A stretch of 63,997 bases of DNA, filler included, from Basidiobolus ranarum (lineage: Eukaryota), in the NCBI GenBank assembly GCA_040143965.1. It is 8 parts of 8 records of this genome, joined end to end, with 100 filler letters (N's around TTAATTAATTAA, not from the genome) between each part and the next. Parts side by side here need not be neighbours in the genome. Positions count along the whole stretch, not along the records: positions 8,086 to 16,064 come from JASJQH010001037.1; positions 16,165 to 24,138 come from JASJQH010001038.1; positions 24,239 to 32,204 come from JASJQH010001039.1; 5 more parts are not named here. One strand, given 5' to 3'. Made by a program: the position numbers and the translations under genes. The notes under the pieces are model-generated. The model was not told the origin of the DNA, did no database searches, and saw only the letters and a program-made list of their open reading frames with translations. Below, in pieces: positions 13,179 through 27,400 of this stretch; positions within the stretch are counted from its first letter, which is position 1; the number at the start of each line of letters is the position of its first letter.

Positions 13179-14115
13179 TCATGCTTCAACATTTACCTTA
13201 AATATGGCGCAAATACCAAGATGGTCAGATGGGAACCTTTCGCAGTATCCAGATGATACGACCGTATCTCCAAGAATTTCAAGGGGAATGGGCTTATCAC
13301 CAAACGTTTCAATTGAAATCGGCTCAAGAATATCTTGATACTGCCATAGCTTGACACGGTCAAATCGAATAGGACCATATTGAGGGTGAGGGATATTGAT
13401 GCCCATAGTATGGCCTAAATCATTGGGTCGCAACATATCCCAGCAATCCGAGAATCCATAACAATCAAAAACTGCGTCTTCTTCGTCTTCGTGGCTCATG
13501 TTAAAATCGCCAACAAGAATCGCTGCGCTAGCATTGTAGTGTACTGAGTCACGCATTGCTTGAAGAAATTGATTTCGTCGATAATGCTTGTTGTATTCTA
13601 AACTTTCAAAGTGAGCAGTAGCAAAGTGAATCTGTAGATAAAAGTAGCTCAAACTTTGCCAAATTCTTAGCCAGATATACATACAAAAATACCTTGTGCC
13701 CATTGATGGTAGTGTCCAAAACCTGCAGCTTTCTATTCATATTCGTCACCATATCGATAGTTCGCAACTGGATACGTACATGCTTTAGTTTTGTCAGAAT
13801 AAGCACGCCGTACGGTCTCAAACTCTTTCCTTCCTTCCAATCTGATAGAATATAATTTTCTTGAATCCAAATGTTCTTGGTAAAAACTGGTAAGAATAAA
13901 GGGATCATTTCTTGTAGGCACACCACGTCCGCATCTTGCTGCTGCAGCTCGTGAATGATACCATTCATGCGAGTTTCATAGTTTTGAGTTTCGAAATGGA
14001 TGTTGTAGGTAACCACTTTCAGTTGTTGAAAGTTGACAAGGTTTGTTGACTGAGTGGTTTTGTGAGGTTCCCATTGACCATTCGCAAAAGTGTACATTCC
14101 AGAATGTTCATTCAT
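13179..14115 (-). CDS. Endonuclease/exonuclease/phosphatase family, TDP2-like, 2 exons (14115-13693, 13631-13179), 291 aa
   Basis: Motifs VVTYNI, DVVCLQE, TAHFES, LVGDFN, RFDR and PSDHLGI. A phase-0 GT-AG intron 13692-13632 joins the two ORFs. Confidence 0.9.
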
Positions 14116-14747
14116 TTCAATCTCAACAACGCGGGCTACTTGAGTAAACTTTATTTAGGTTTAGAATATAGCAATTGTAATGTCGGTTTGAGGATTAACT
14201 TAAATAGAAAGATATGTTCTAACAGTATTTGGATCTTTAGAATTCTTCAAGTAACTCACTCGTTTGTATCATCATCAGTTGACTACTATGAATTAAATGG
14301 CCAATACTAAGCCCAATGGACTTGATGATTATACAAATATCAGTGTATGCTAGAATATCGATATGTACATTCCATCCGGCTTAATCTCATCAAACCCTAA
14401 TGAATGAATTATGTACAAAAGCAGAGAATGTGGTAAAAAATTCAAGTTTGGTCAATAAGAGTATGAATTGGTATATATATTTAGGGGTTAGAGAAGATGA
14501 AAAGCACCAGATTGGTGTAGCCTTATTGGATCAATTTCAATACAGAGTCATTTATAAAATACAGAAAAATGTGTGCATATATCTTTCATTGCCATGACAA
14601 GGTATTTCTTGGAATAGCAAGAAGTAGCCAATCATATCACTTTCAACAATTGAAATAGAGTACTGGGCAGATTCACACACTACCATGAAAGTTCTATAAT
14701 ATAATAACTCTCTAATGGCCTGAATATTTCTCTGAAACCCAAGTAAT

Positions 14748-14958
14748 TGTTGAAGTATTTTGGGAGTTTGTTGAAAGTGGTTTTTCGAACTAGAAGAATT
14801 GGTAGTTTTCACTTATTGATTTATTGAATCGAAAGTTGACATTTATAGTTTTGTCAAGAGGTAAACAAACAAACGTGTAGAATGTGTTAAGGAAGGTCCC
14901 AACTAAATACTAAGTTATATATGACTATATAGATGTTTAGGCCATGTTAATTTCAACA
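14748..14958 (-). mobile_element. Internally deleted solo Ty1/copia LTR
   Basis: TGTTGAAG...TTCAACA termini, same family as the other LTRs. Flanks GTAAT/GCAAT resemble a 5-bp TSD with one mismatch. Confidence 0.85.
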
Positions 14959-15685
14959 GCAATATTTTTAAACATATACTGTCATACTAATTTCAGTACT
15001 ACCACAGAAATGGGATAACTTATACCAGAGTGGTTCTGCTTAAGTTCTACTTGACCTAGAAAGACTGGCTCTAACTCAAGTTACTATTTGCTATTTATTG
15101 GCCCTGGTTATCAATATGATAAAAGGTAGATATGTATAACATTCAAAGGGCAAAACCACCACAGTACTAATAGAATTACAATCACGTATATCTTCATGTA
15201 GTGTTTGTGTTGTTTTCGATGATTTGAAAAATGCTGTTCGAGCACAGTAGCTATTCCACGCATGAGTATCAAAAAGACATCCTGCTTCAGACTGCTTTAC
15301 ACAATCAAATACTGCAATCTTGGATAGGAAGATGCTTGAAAATCATACATCGTCAGAGATAGTTATTTGCATATAGATTGTTCCGTATGAGAAAATCCAC
15401 CTTGATCAAGCTTGTGGTTGCTGAAATACCATTGCATCAAGAACGTAATTAATAGTCTACAAAGTGTACGTTGTGAGAATCTAGCAGGAAATGAATTCAC
15501 CATAATGTGATTTTTCTTTCCAAATTATTCCTCGAGTATTATAAATTCTTGTCAAGCACAGCCTTTAGCAGAAGCATTGACCATGAAATATATGATGATT
15601 GATAATTCAAAGAACAAATTTCATTATTTGCATTATGAATACGAAATTATTTATTCTAGACAAAATGGCATTAATGCATAACAAT

Positions 15686-16064
15686 TTAAAGGATGATTTG
15701 AGGATCAAAAGATGTCAAGTTGATGTCATCTTTACGCTTCCAGGTTTTAATACTTTGCCCATTTTTGGAGATTTCAATGACTCGAGAGCGACGATCCCAG
15801 CCTTTGTCTGTAGCGCCGTAAGTTCCGTAGCCAGTACCTCCACCGTAGCATAGTTGCATAGATGAAAAGGGAAAGCAATAGTCATTGACATGATCGTGAC
15901 CAACAATTGTCATCTTAACATCGCCCGCTAGTAAATAAACGAGGGTTGTTAGCATGGAACTCTAGGAAGGCTAATTATCCCTATCTTACATTCATGAAGT
16001 GCGTCAATCCAAGGAGATTTCACTTTAGCACTGGAAACAACTTCACCCTTACTACCAACTTGTT
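15686..16064 (-). CDS. 3' end of a calcineurin-like metallophosphoesterase (DCR2/PAP28-29-like), 5' part cut by the contig end
   Basis: GDVKMTIVGHDHVNDYC...LCYGGGTGYGTYG...RRSRVIEI...IKTWKR. Intron 15989-15928. Confidence 0.85.
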
Positions 16065-16164
16065 NNNNNNNNNNNNNNNNNNNNNNNNNNNNNNNNNNNN
16101 NNNNNNNNTTAATTAATTAANNNNNNNNNNNNNNNNNNNNNNNNNNNNNNNNNNNNNNNNNNNN
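16065..16164. other. Artificial contig spacer
   Basis: 44 N + TTAATTAATTAA + 44 N. Confidence 0.97.
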
Positions 16165-19100
16165 AGTAATGGTCAAGTTTCAACCAGGTTGTAAACGCGT
16201 TCCACAATCTAGTTTCATTGATGAGTCCATTTAGTACAGAAACGTACGAGTTACACAAGTTGCTGCTCTGGATGTCTGATTGTTACATCGAGTAAGATGG
16301 GAATCAGATCTGGTTAAATAGGTATTGAATGAGCAGAAATGGCAATAGTGGGATGCGCGTCAATTTGCAACTGTAACTGAGTAGTTAAGCGTGCTGAATG
16401 TTGATTGAATAAATTTATGAACTTGTAAAGCAAGTTATGAAAATTCAAAGTAATAAGAGCATGCCTAGTATTTTTACCCTCAATTGCTCCATCGTTACAT
16501 CTGGAACGTTTCAAAACAGTTCAACATGTGATTGAAGCCAATCCCGTAAGTAATATATATTCAGATTTTTCATAACGTGGTGCCTCTAGATATTCTGCTA
16601 ACTAAACTCTAGTGATAGATAGATACTGGTACTGTCATGTATGCAAAAATGCTTCAAAATATTGGAGCAGTATCCTCATCTCTGTCGAATGTTTCCAGAC
16701 CAATTCCTTTCATCTGATTTTCCTGGCTACTAACAATTTGTAGTAACCTCGCAATAGCTCTCAACATCTTGAATGGATAATCGCAAAGATCATGTTGCCA
16801 GCTTGATTTCCACACCTAACTTAACTAAACATCAAATATAGTAATCATCGGCATTCTACCACCAAATCTTATATTTGATTATAGATAGCGCTCTTGAAGA
16901 GGCACGTTAATAAGAGATTAAAACATATAGCTCCTTTTATGTCAAGTGTATATAAAAAACACTTGGATATTCCCTAAGATTCTTTACGAGTCAGAATACT
17001 CTAAAGTGGTATCATGGAATTGTCTCTTCCATCTAAAGTATGTATAAAGATAGTTTACCTTAGAATAGATTCATGATTTCTACATTTCTACTCGGAGAAT
17101 GGCTAAACATATTAGCACTACATTACCAAACACTTTTTCACATCAACATTTCCGGCATCACCAACCATATTCCTACCATCTCATACAATACACGTTGCAT
17201 CCGTAACAAACAGGAGATTTTTTATTGCAAATGTCACCATCATTGATCTCTCTTTCCATTGCCTGCCCTAGAAGAGCCATCATTTAAGTTCATGAGTTAA
17301 TTATTATACGGATGTTTTCCATGTAATTATGCACATGCTTCATGGTAAATATGCACTCAAATAAAGAATCATCAGAGTTGTAGTGATGTCCCGTCATCAA
17401 ACCAGAGTAGATCAAGCATGCACCATGTATTCATTACCTAATGATAGTCCTTGGAAAAGCATCCAGATGCCAAGTGTGTTGAAGTTTTTGCTTACTGAAT
17501 ATACGTATACATTAATATAATATCGCGTCTCTGAATCGGGACTTGCCGATACTCGTGTTACTTTAATTACATAGTGTTTTTTACATTAGCTACATTACCA
17601 GTATATATAACTACAGTGTGAGGAGTTTTGGATGTTCAATTACTACATATGGCAAGTTGAGACCAGACTTCAGTAAATATGGAATGACAAGCAGTGCTCT
17701 ATATAGTTACGTTGTGTTGGACAACAAATATTCATACTAGCCATGACTATATCATGAGTCAATGAATGTCTTTGAAGTAGTGCACTTTACTAAGCGTTGC
17801 ATTGCAGTATTTCAAGTATCTTGAAATCTGTGTGCTTCCATGCGTACCAGCATTATCTGAACCTTCCTCTGTCTCTCAGCCTATAACTCACCGTAAAAGC
17901 AAATTAAAGTGCGCCCAAGAGTCAACACGTATTCATTAGTTTTAGATCTTCAGTCACGAAATTTCATACACTGTGTTTTCAGTATTACATGTCTAAACTG
18001 GATAGACTATACATAGTGTCTAGTATGATCTACAAAAGAATGTCTTTAGTTTGTCCCCTTGTTTCAACCAATTAACAAGATGCCTGATAGAGATGCAGTG
18101 ATCATTTTTCACCTTATTGATGCAGTATCTTCTCAATTTCTGGAATTATCGTCTTGTCGAAAACAATAACAATCTAAGTTGTCTCCCAGTATTAGCTATG
18201 CCCATTTCCTTTCCTGGGTTTGAAACCATCAGCCCAGAATACGCATCTATAGGTTTAAGAGTAGGCCATAATGGGATAGAATAGTCGCTGACTAGTTTCA
18301 TGACTTTCTCATTCTCATGTTCGTGATTATATTCAACTTGTACATCAAAATAACGTTTATATTTCATGAAAGGTTTTTCATATGATTCTACTGGTTGCTA
18401 AATTTTTTAATTTAGGCCAATTGAAACAATATTCAGTAAGTTCATCCGGTTAAGTAAATAGTATTCTTCTCGGTGTTAGCCAAAACAATTATTTCCCTAT
18501 CAAATGCGAACTACGTGCTTTTTGTTACATATGTGTCTTTACATCAACAATATTGAATCAACCAAGCCATCTTGTTAAGACGTGAATGATAATGGTGTGG
18601 TGAGTATGCTAAAGCATAATAACCCAACCTCATTCTTATATGTGCGCGCACGATATATAGAACTTCAGTAAGCTCAAAATAAGTATATATATCCTGCATT
18701 TCAGGGAAAACAAAAGGAAACATACATATACGAAATTTAAAAATTCTTCCCCCTTCCCTTCATCCTCTCAGCACTCATTCTCCGTCGGCTTTCAACCATC
18801 AGTACACAGACACAGTGTCACTTTACATCATTACGCAGGTAAAATCATAAAACAAAAGTGAACAAGATAGGCCTGAAGATTCAATATCTTCGCTAGTCAA
18901 CATATTTACACTCTGGATAAGGAATGCCGAGTAAAAAGATCGAGTATTATTGTTCACGTCTAATGAATCCTCTACATCAAACTATTTCCAAAAAGGGAAA
19001 CTCTTATTATTCACTCCCTCCTTTACCTTTTCATCTCCGGAACAGCATTCACCAGTTGGCCTGTTAGTTTTCATACTCGAAATTTTCCGAACTATTTACA

Positions 19101-19314
19101 ACTTTTGACAATGGTAGGTCCACTAGTATTTTTGCATGTTTAATGTTGGTTTCATGAAATAAAAGGATTTTTGAAGGAATTTTGTGAAATCAATACTGTG
19201 GTATTTACCCTTCTACCTTACATTATTAAATATACACGCTTGTAGCTTGCACTTATAATCGCATGGCCCCTTTTGCTGGGAGTCTTCCCAAATAGGCACG
19301 TCTTGTAAACTTAT

Positions 19315-19445
19315 TCGCAAATACGGTACCGAAGAGGATTTCTCAGGCAATAAGTTTGCCTTCAAGGACCCAATCAACTGTGAAGTACTTTCCTAGAATA
19401 ATGGGACCAGTAAATTTGCATCATTCATGCGCTAAATAAGTGTGC
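19315..19445 (+). pseudogene. Decayed HSF DNA-binding-domain exon
   Basis: Translates SGNKFAFKDPINCEVLS*NNGTSKFASFMR*, which aligns with exon 2 of the gene at 21152. Confidence 0.6.
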
Positions 19446-20524
19446 GTGGTAGTCTCGATTACACTAGTATAAGTGAATTTCTTCTTGTATGAACAATCAC
19501 TAATCGATAGCAATGTGAATGGAGATGTAATTCTAAAAAACAATTAATGCACAGGGACGGGATCAGTCGAAATCTTATCATCTCATTCAGTGTGTGACAA
19601 TTCGATATTCAATGTGTGGGTAAAGTGATTGATTTTCATGTGTACATATTTGTTCTTGCGACTGAGTGGTATGAATTAGGAAAAACGTGATTCAGTTGTT
19701 ACTCAGATATTTCGCACTTCGTCATTTGTTAAAGTAGGGTGTAAGGCCAGATTCTTCATCTACTCTACACTGATGCAATATATACACAATAGAGTCAATC
19801 ATTATCATGGCAACGTATGTTGTAGACCCGTATTGTATCAGGCTTTGGTACATTAAGTGTGATCACCAACTCCGTATGGATTAGTACCCGAGGCAGTTGT
19901 TGCAATTTGTTTCAATTCAAAATTAGATTGCCCACGCATAGATACTGAGGATATACAGGTGGCTGATATATTTATATAACTATGTACTTTCTCTATACCT
20001 GAACCATATTATGCAAATACCAGTAAAGCACATTAATGCTGCAGAAATATCAATTGGAACTTTGTTTATTGCAACACAAGCAGACCAAAACAAAACAATA
20101 AATGTGGATTATAAGCAAAAATTGCATGTTGCGGAATCTCAATCTGTACTTCAATATTGCAGTTGAGATTTTCACCAAATACAATATTTGAGTTATTACA
20201 TTTAGTAGATCCTGGCATCATTTTTGGCACACCAAATTACAAGGTTTCCTATAATGAACAATAGATATAAGGTCTATGAAGGACTAATTCAACAATGCTT
20301 AAGTTCGTGAAGGTCAATTCGCATATCTTGAGTATGAGTTGGTGCTAGCTATATGTAACATTGATCGCCTTTATGCATTCAGATCTAGATTTGAGCAGTA
20401 AATCGATTTCGAGTGTGGATTGGGATTTAGCGTTGTTGTTCAGCTTGTTTTCTTGTACAATCGTCGCAATAAAAGCTAAACTTCATCTCAACAATCTCAC
20501 GTTAATTGAGGTAAATAATACTTT

Positions 20525-20750
20525 CTTAAGTACTCTAAATGGATAGCCTGGGAGCTATCGGGAAGTAAGTCCATCATTAGTAATCCAAAGTTTTCGCAGC
20601 TATACAAGCTTGATTTGCTTCATTCTCGTGGTAGTAATTATGGAATTGACATAGTATATCCAATAGATGTGAGGCCTCCGTTTCTGACCGATGAAAGATC
20701 ACACAAAATTGATACCTCAATGATTATCTATTCACACCAATACTTCAACT
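20525..20750 (+). pseudogene. Decayed HSF DNA-binding-domain gene fragment
   Basis: KYSKWIAWELSGSK and MIIYSHQYF match segments of the intact paralog. The intervening part is deleted or scrambled. Confidence 0.6.
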
Positions 20751-21151
20751 TGGCTTTCTTCAGCATATTTACTACCATATACCCAGAAAGATTTCCTATA
20801 AGGAATACACTTTCATGCTTGTATAAAGTACTTTTAAGTTTCTTTGTCTCATGTGCTTAGTATTCAAATATCTATAACTGGGGCTCATTTTACCATCTAC
20901 CTCAGGTGAACACCACATCAGTGTTTCCCACTGTCTTGAACCAATGTTGAATACTAAGATAGGGTCATCAAATACCACATCTTAGATTCATATAAATGGG
21001 AATAATAGGGATGAAACCGTAGTATTGGTGAGTAGGATAGTAAACAGGCAATCCGAGCAGTAAAGGGTGTTAGTCCTTTTAAAACCGGTTTAGTGTACTG
21101 AGCTACAAGTATATAAGACGTATATATCTCGACTTGCTGCAACGAATAGTG

Positions 21152-21975
21152 ATGTCAAACGAACATATCCTTAAGCTGCATATACGCATACCTCCTTTCG
21201 TGTTGAATCTCTACAAGTAGATTTCTAGTTCTTTCTCTCCTCAATTTCTCGGAATTCTTCGAGTTGAGATGTCCTCTTTTGCTAACTTTGCTTATTCTCT
21301 AGGATTCTCTCCGAGCCAAAGTATTCCGATGTAGTAGCATGGGAATCATCAGGTACCAGATTTGTGGTCAAAGATTCAATCAATTTTGCATCCAGAGTAC
21401 TTCCTCATTACTACCATACTAATAAGTTAGCCTCGTTCTCTCGTCAATTAAATGTAAGTTACAGTTATTTATGTCATTGCCACTAGATGACTTAGTAGAA
21501 TTTTGAATAGATTTATGGCTTCTACCGAGCTTCTGACCGGAGAAGGACAAAACAGAGCGCAGATAAATCCATGATTATCTATTCACATCAACATTTTCGG
21601 CGAGACCAACCAAATTCTCTTCATCTTATTCAACGCACGTTGGGTCAGTATACCCAAGCAAAAGCCGAATATTCAATTCAAGAGCCAATCACTAAGCCGG
21701 TGTTTCCTCGTTTACCTACTGCTTCTCTTTCATTAGCATCTTCCAAGTTTTTATCCATCGACGGTGAAGGTAAACAGGAGGATCTGACAGAACTGATTCC
21801 CCACTGCTTCGGCTGTATAGCACTTGAGCAGGAAAAAGTAACCTTGATTAATGTGATTCAGTATTATATGAGTATAATAAATGAACCTGACAATGTACCT
21901 TCTAACTACCAGGAGGTTTGGTACCTATCAAAGATCTCTCCATCCTTTGCTTCTTCGGCGGAAGAACTTACTTAA
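21152..21975 (+). CDS. HSF-type DNA-binding-domain transcription factor, 3 exons (21152-21216, 21303-21453, 21511-21975), 226 aa
   Basis: Spliced product: PPFVLNLYKILSEPKYSDVVAWESSGTRFVVKD...FASRVLPHYYHTNKLASFSRQLNIYGFYR...YSHQHFRRDQP. Canonical GT-AG introns preserve the frame. Confidence 0.88.
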
Positions 21976-23576
21976 TTCATATGCCAATTTTTTTCTTGCA
22001 ACTACACTCACCCTTCATTGATATCGGATATATTTAAATAAATAACAATCAGAGTTAAAGTCATATAATCTCATCGGACTTCCACAATGCGTCCACGTCG
22101 AACGGCAGCACATTTTTCAGTGATAATTCTCAACCAAACAAAAACTGGTGTATTCATACTAAATTCATTCAGCTGAGTTGTCACACCTATCGTAATTAAA
22201 TCTTCACTCCAAATCGAGACGTTGCCGATATGTGCTTTATCCTAGTGGTGTTAGATCAGTTGCCACTATACATAACAGGTTTCTTAATTACTTAAAGCTG
22301 CTTTAGATGTTCTATTACTACATAGAGCAAGTTGAGATCATACACTGGACAATTTACCAAAAAGCATATATCGTGGGTCCTCATCAGGATGTAATACGTT
22401 ACCATTGGAGATTGCATGCACCGATAGTGACAGGTTAGCAGGGGAATTATTTTAAACATCCCAGTGAAGTATTGTATCATATTATGCTATGCCTTCTTGG
22501 AACATAATAGGAAAAATTGGTATTTGTGTACTTGTTTTCGTATAACTCACAATAAAGCAAAATGCACCCAATGGTCACTACATAGTCATTGATTGTTAGA
22601 ACTTCAGGCAGGAAAACTAAAAAAACAAGTGTGATAGTACAGTATTAGTTGTCTAAACTGAGAATAATACAATTATCAAGATGATTGATAGTTGGAAATT
22701 TTATTTCAGGCTTTGTTCTTTATTAATCATTTACTTACTAATAGTAATGAGGCGTCACTGCTTATAAATCAAAGTTGCTTTCATTATCATTGGGATGTGA
22801 GCGGCAATCAAGTGGTGAGCAAGTAATAGCTCATTAGCCAGAGCATTGCACCCTCTCAGCCTTCAGTGTGTACCATCCAAAAATGTTATTACAAAATTAA
22901 ATAATTACCCTATGGTCCATTCGGAAGGTATAAAGGCAAATATATGTTTAATCCGCTCTTCTCTGTATCCTCATATGAGGGAAGCAGTCATATATATGAA
23001 ATATGAATGCTCCTTCCTTTCTGCGCTCATTCTTTGCAAACTTTCAATCACCAGTACACAGGAAATACAGGCAGGTGGAAGTGAAAAGGTGATCCCGAAG
23101 AGTCAGTTTCACACCGGTTAACCCGCTAGGTTAATTGAATGTCACTTTAGGTCAGTACCAGATTTGCTAGTATCTTCCAATATATACCATTTCTGTCACA
23201 AAGCAAATGAACAGTTGAGAGTCTATGTTTACTAAACTATGTGAAGCAAGTACTAACCCTCTGCTCAACCATATAAAATTATTTCCTGGTTAGTTTGATC
23301 ATTATTTTTTGAGCAACAAGTTCCCAAATCAGAAACTGCGCCAACAAGTGACATATCATCAAAACAAGCATGTTATATACAATATAATCCCTGACGGCAA
23401 TTAATGGCTCATCAAGTCAAGATAAGTTAGGCCAATACATCTATTATGGAAGCCTAAAGAAATAATAAAGCAGGTTAATTGTCAGAAAGACCAGTTCAAT
23501 CTTAGAGCGCTCTAGGCCGACTTACGCCTTTCAATATATAGACAGATATTGTCACATTCGCATCTAGAGCGCAGTA

Positions 23577-24138
23577 ATGGAGAGAAAGCTTAATGGATTT
23601 TATGCTTGTACGAGTCCCTTCATACAGAGCCTTTCCAAGTAAACCATTCTGAAGTTTACTTCATAAAAACTCGGCTAAATGACGCTTTTATTTATTCTTG
23701 TATACCTTCTGAGCCAAAGTACACTGATATAATAGCCTGGGAGTGCTCTGGAAATAGGTTGATCATCAAAGATCCAGGCAACCTTGCCTCTAAAGTACTT
23801 CCCTTTTACTATGAAACTTGTAAACTTGCTTCATTCACACATCAATTAAACGTACGCTTTAGTATTGTGAATTATTTCTGATGTGTTGGTATTAATCCAT
23901 TCAATACGGCTTCTACCGAGTATCTGATCGGAGAACTAAAAGTGGTGATTCGTATGACAATCTACTCACATCAATATTTCAAACGGGATCAACCAAATTC
24001 CTATCATCAGGTTCAATGTGTGAAATATCCTTGTTCCCGAGAAATAGTGGATTTCTCAATGCCAGAGACAGCCACAGTCACCAAACCGCTGTTACTTTCA
24101 TCTTGGTCTTCATCATTGTTCACACCAGTGGTATACTC
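23577..24138 (+). pseudogene. HSF-domain paralog, probably a pseudogene, cut by the contig end
   Basis: Same exon layout as the 21152 gene. The first acceptor reads TTG instead of TAG, the second acceptor is missing, SFxRQLN has become SFTHQLN, and there is a frameshift near 23945. Confidence 0.75.
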
Positions 24139-24238
24139 NNNNNNNNNNNNNNNNNNNNNNNNNNNNNNNNNNNNNNNNNNNNTTAATTAATTAANNNNNN
24201 NNNNNNNNNNNNNNNNNNNNNNNNNNNNNNNNNNNNNN
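24139..24238. other. Artificial contig spacer
   Basis: 44 N + TTAATTAATTAA + 44 N. Confidence 0.97.
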
Positions 24239-24415
24239 CTCTAATACCAAATATCTCCTCATCCGCCGTAAATGGCGTCCCATCCTTCTTATACCCCTGA
24301 ATAGAACACTCCTTCCCAACTAAACCCTCCAATATCTGCCCTATCGTGTGAAGAAATTCAGGAGATAGCAAAGTCAATTCAAAGAAGTGGAGAGAACCGA
24401 GATTCCAGAGTGAAG

Positions 24416-27400
24416 TTAGTGTGCTCCTTTTGATATTTGTTCAACATAAAGCCCTTGAACAATCAAGAGAAGCTCCTCTAAATTCGAAGTAACATGATCG
24501 TGGATGGCTTCTGGAACTCTTTGACGTTGCAAGCCAATCCACTCTAATGGTGGAGTGGCATCACCCATCAGCTTCAGCTGGGGATCTAAACGAATCGGTT
24601 CCAGGGCTTTATAAACCAGTTCTTGGGTTCGGGGTTTGTTCGTGTCGTTAGTTTTGTCTGATAAACTTGCCACTGAATTTTTGCGTGCAGTTTCATTGTT
24701 GATGGTTCTTTGTTTTGGAGTATCTGAAGAAAGATCTTTTTCTTTTCCGTTGCATGCGCTACTTTTCAGTTGAGATTTGTATAATGACGTTAGCTCTATG
24801 AGGTACTTGTATAACGTGAAGTTTAGCGCAATATCCACTCTTCCCACGAAATCCGTAGTGAATTGGTGTTCAATTATGTGACTGTTGAATACTTGTTCCG
24901 TCAACATTTCCATTTTTGTACTTGGAAGATAAAGCACATTTTTGGAGGAGCTTTCAGATATATGGCGTATCCATTCGCCAATACTCAATCTATTCTCATC
25001 CTGAAGCTCCAATTTTTTGCAGCGATTTTTGGAGATTGCCACAGTAGCAAATTTAAGAACAAGTGAACGATTGATTTTCTTTTCCAAAGCGATATATCTT
25101 TTCAACTCGATATTCAGGCCTTCCAATTTGCCTTGGACGAAATCGTTGTCGGAGAACCGATTCGGGTAAAGAGTAAGTTGTGCTCGCTCAAGGGTCAGCG
25201 AAATCTCACCAGTTGGTAAAATACTCTTTTTACCAATCAAGATGTGCTGACTCTTTGGACCAGGCGTGACTGATGTCGACTTGGTAGCGGCTTGGGACTT
25301 CACCTTCTTGGGATTTTCGACAAAGTAAGTGGAGGACATGCTATCAAATGCAAGACGGCGCTTCTCTTCAACAACCAATATCAGCTTGTTGGCAATGCCA
25401 ACGAATACTGGATGCGTCTTGATCGATGAGATGATTTCAACCTCTTTCAGCATCAGTCTCAAGTGAATATTGACTTTGGCTTCTTCTGAATTTATATTGT
25501 CCCATTGGTCTTTAAGATCAAATACAATGGGGTCAATCTCAGCAACCAATATACGTTGATATTCGTATTCAAAAGAGGTGGCAATCTGTCCCAAGGTCAG
25601 CTGAATATTGAGCCAATTGTGTAGCGCTGAATTCTCGATGACGGCTGGAAGGCTCTTGACATTCATTACTATCTGGATGCCATCAAGTGTGGCGCTGCCC
25701 TTTAACCTGCCCTCGGATTTCAATTCAATATTGCCTATCGTAGATGTCAAAGATCTGAAGGTACCCGGAACTCGGGTAGTGTTGAAATTGATGTTTTCGG
25801 TAGAGAAGTAAACTTTTCCAATCGCTTGTCCAAGATCACCTGCAATATCAACATGCTTTAATGAAACTGCCACAAAAACCGAAAACGGCTTGGGATGCTC
25901 AGCTTCCTCATTTGGCTCAGTTTCATCGGAAACGTGTGATTCTTCAGATGCGTCAGAGTGTTGGGCCTGCTCTTTAGCTGTGAACTGATCAATCGAACGA
26001 TCGAACCATACTTTCTTAAACAGCAGGAAGTCCTGGAAATGTCGCATATTGAAATCGCCACGAATCTCTGAGATTTGTGCAATAACCGAGACTGAATTTT
26101 CATTTGCTATACTATCATTACGGCTCATCATCGTCATATTGAACAATATATTTCGAGTCTCTCCCAGCAAACAATGTTCTGGAGAGAAGGCATGTTGGAC
26201 AACTACTGATGCCCCCTTGATGTTACCAGTGCACGTGATCCCATGATAGGCATTTTCATTTCCTGACGACATAAGAAAGTTTCCTTCTTCCCAAAGCAAT
26301 GATAAAGCAACTTTTGAGGCTGGTTGACAACTGAGATCAAATCTTGTTTGAGAGAGTCGTAGATACAACGAAACACTAAACTCCTGGATAACCGAAGTAG
26401 GGTTTTCTACTTTGGTTACGTGCTTCTTTTCACTCGAGCGCTGAACACCTAACTTCAGACCAAACAGGATATCTTTTATGAAAGGAATCACCGATGGGTA
26501 GATAATGTTTTCGCTTGGATGGATCATGATTTCCAAGTAAATGCGTCTAGCAGCAGGGTCAATAACTGACCTAGCATATTCCCCAATTGGGGTAACAAAT
26601 ACGCAATGAAGACTCAACCCTGGAACCACGAACACACCAACGCCTATGTCCATCGGTGTACCGTTATCAGAGGAGTTCTTGGTTGAAATACGGTCTGTCA
26701 CAACCATTTTCGACATTTTGGGATAAAATCTGCATGTTCCACTACTAAAATTAAAGCTGGTTTCTAATTCTAAAGATACCATATGCAATGTACTAGATTC
26801 ATCAACGGCCTTGGGAGAGAACTCGCTATGATTTGAAGAGTCCGCTTGTTGCTGGGGACTTGAGGCAGCATTTTCGTTAGTCAGTGAACTAAACTTGAGT
26901 TTGTTATGCTGCCAAATATCGTCTAGATTGTTGATATGTTCCACAACTGTTGGCTCGATATCAACCTCAAACCCTTCAACATGAGCGTCAATCTGAATCT
27001 TATGTCTTGTTGTATTAATTCGCGAGTAGACGTTGCACTCAATTACTGGCAAGAAGACTCTGTTCATCTTGGAATTCTGAATTGGAGAGAAGCATTTTTC
27101 ATTGCTTTGGTCGAATTGAGGTATGAATTGTAAGCAAAGATCGTTGACTAAGCCATGACTTTTTTCCAGTCTCTTTGTCGATAAATCAACATATCGCACT
27201 GAAAACAGAAATGCTGTGGCGTATTTCGGCTTACTGCGTGGTTTGGATGAGGGCGTTGTTACGGCAGATACAGCGGAAATAACATCATCATGTTTTTCTA
27301 GCAAGATAGCGATGGCAAGCTTATTGATCTGAACGGATATTAACTTGTCCTCAAAAAATGAACGACCTTTATCTTTGTATTTAGGCACCTCAACATCCAA

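Noticed and set aside
24239..24400. Coding-like stretch just downstream of the Csf1 stop
   Set aside because: No convincing start or splice donor, and it is cut by the spacer. Cannot be assigned.
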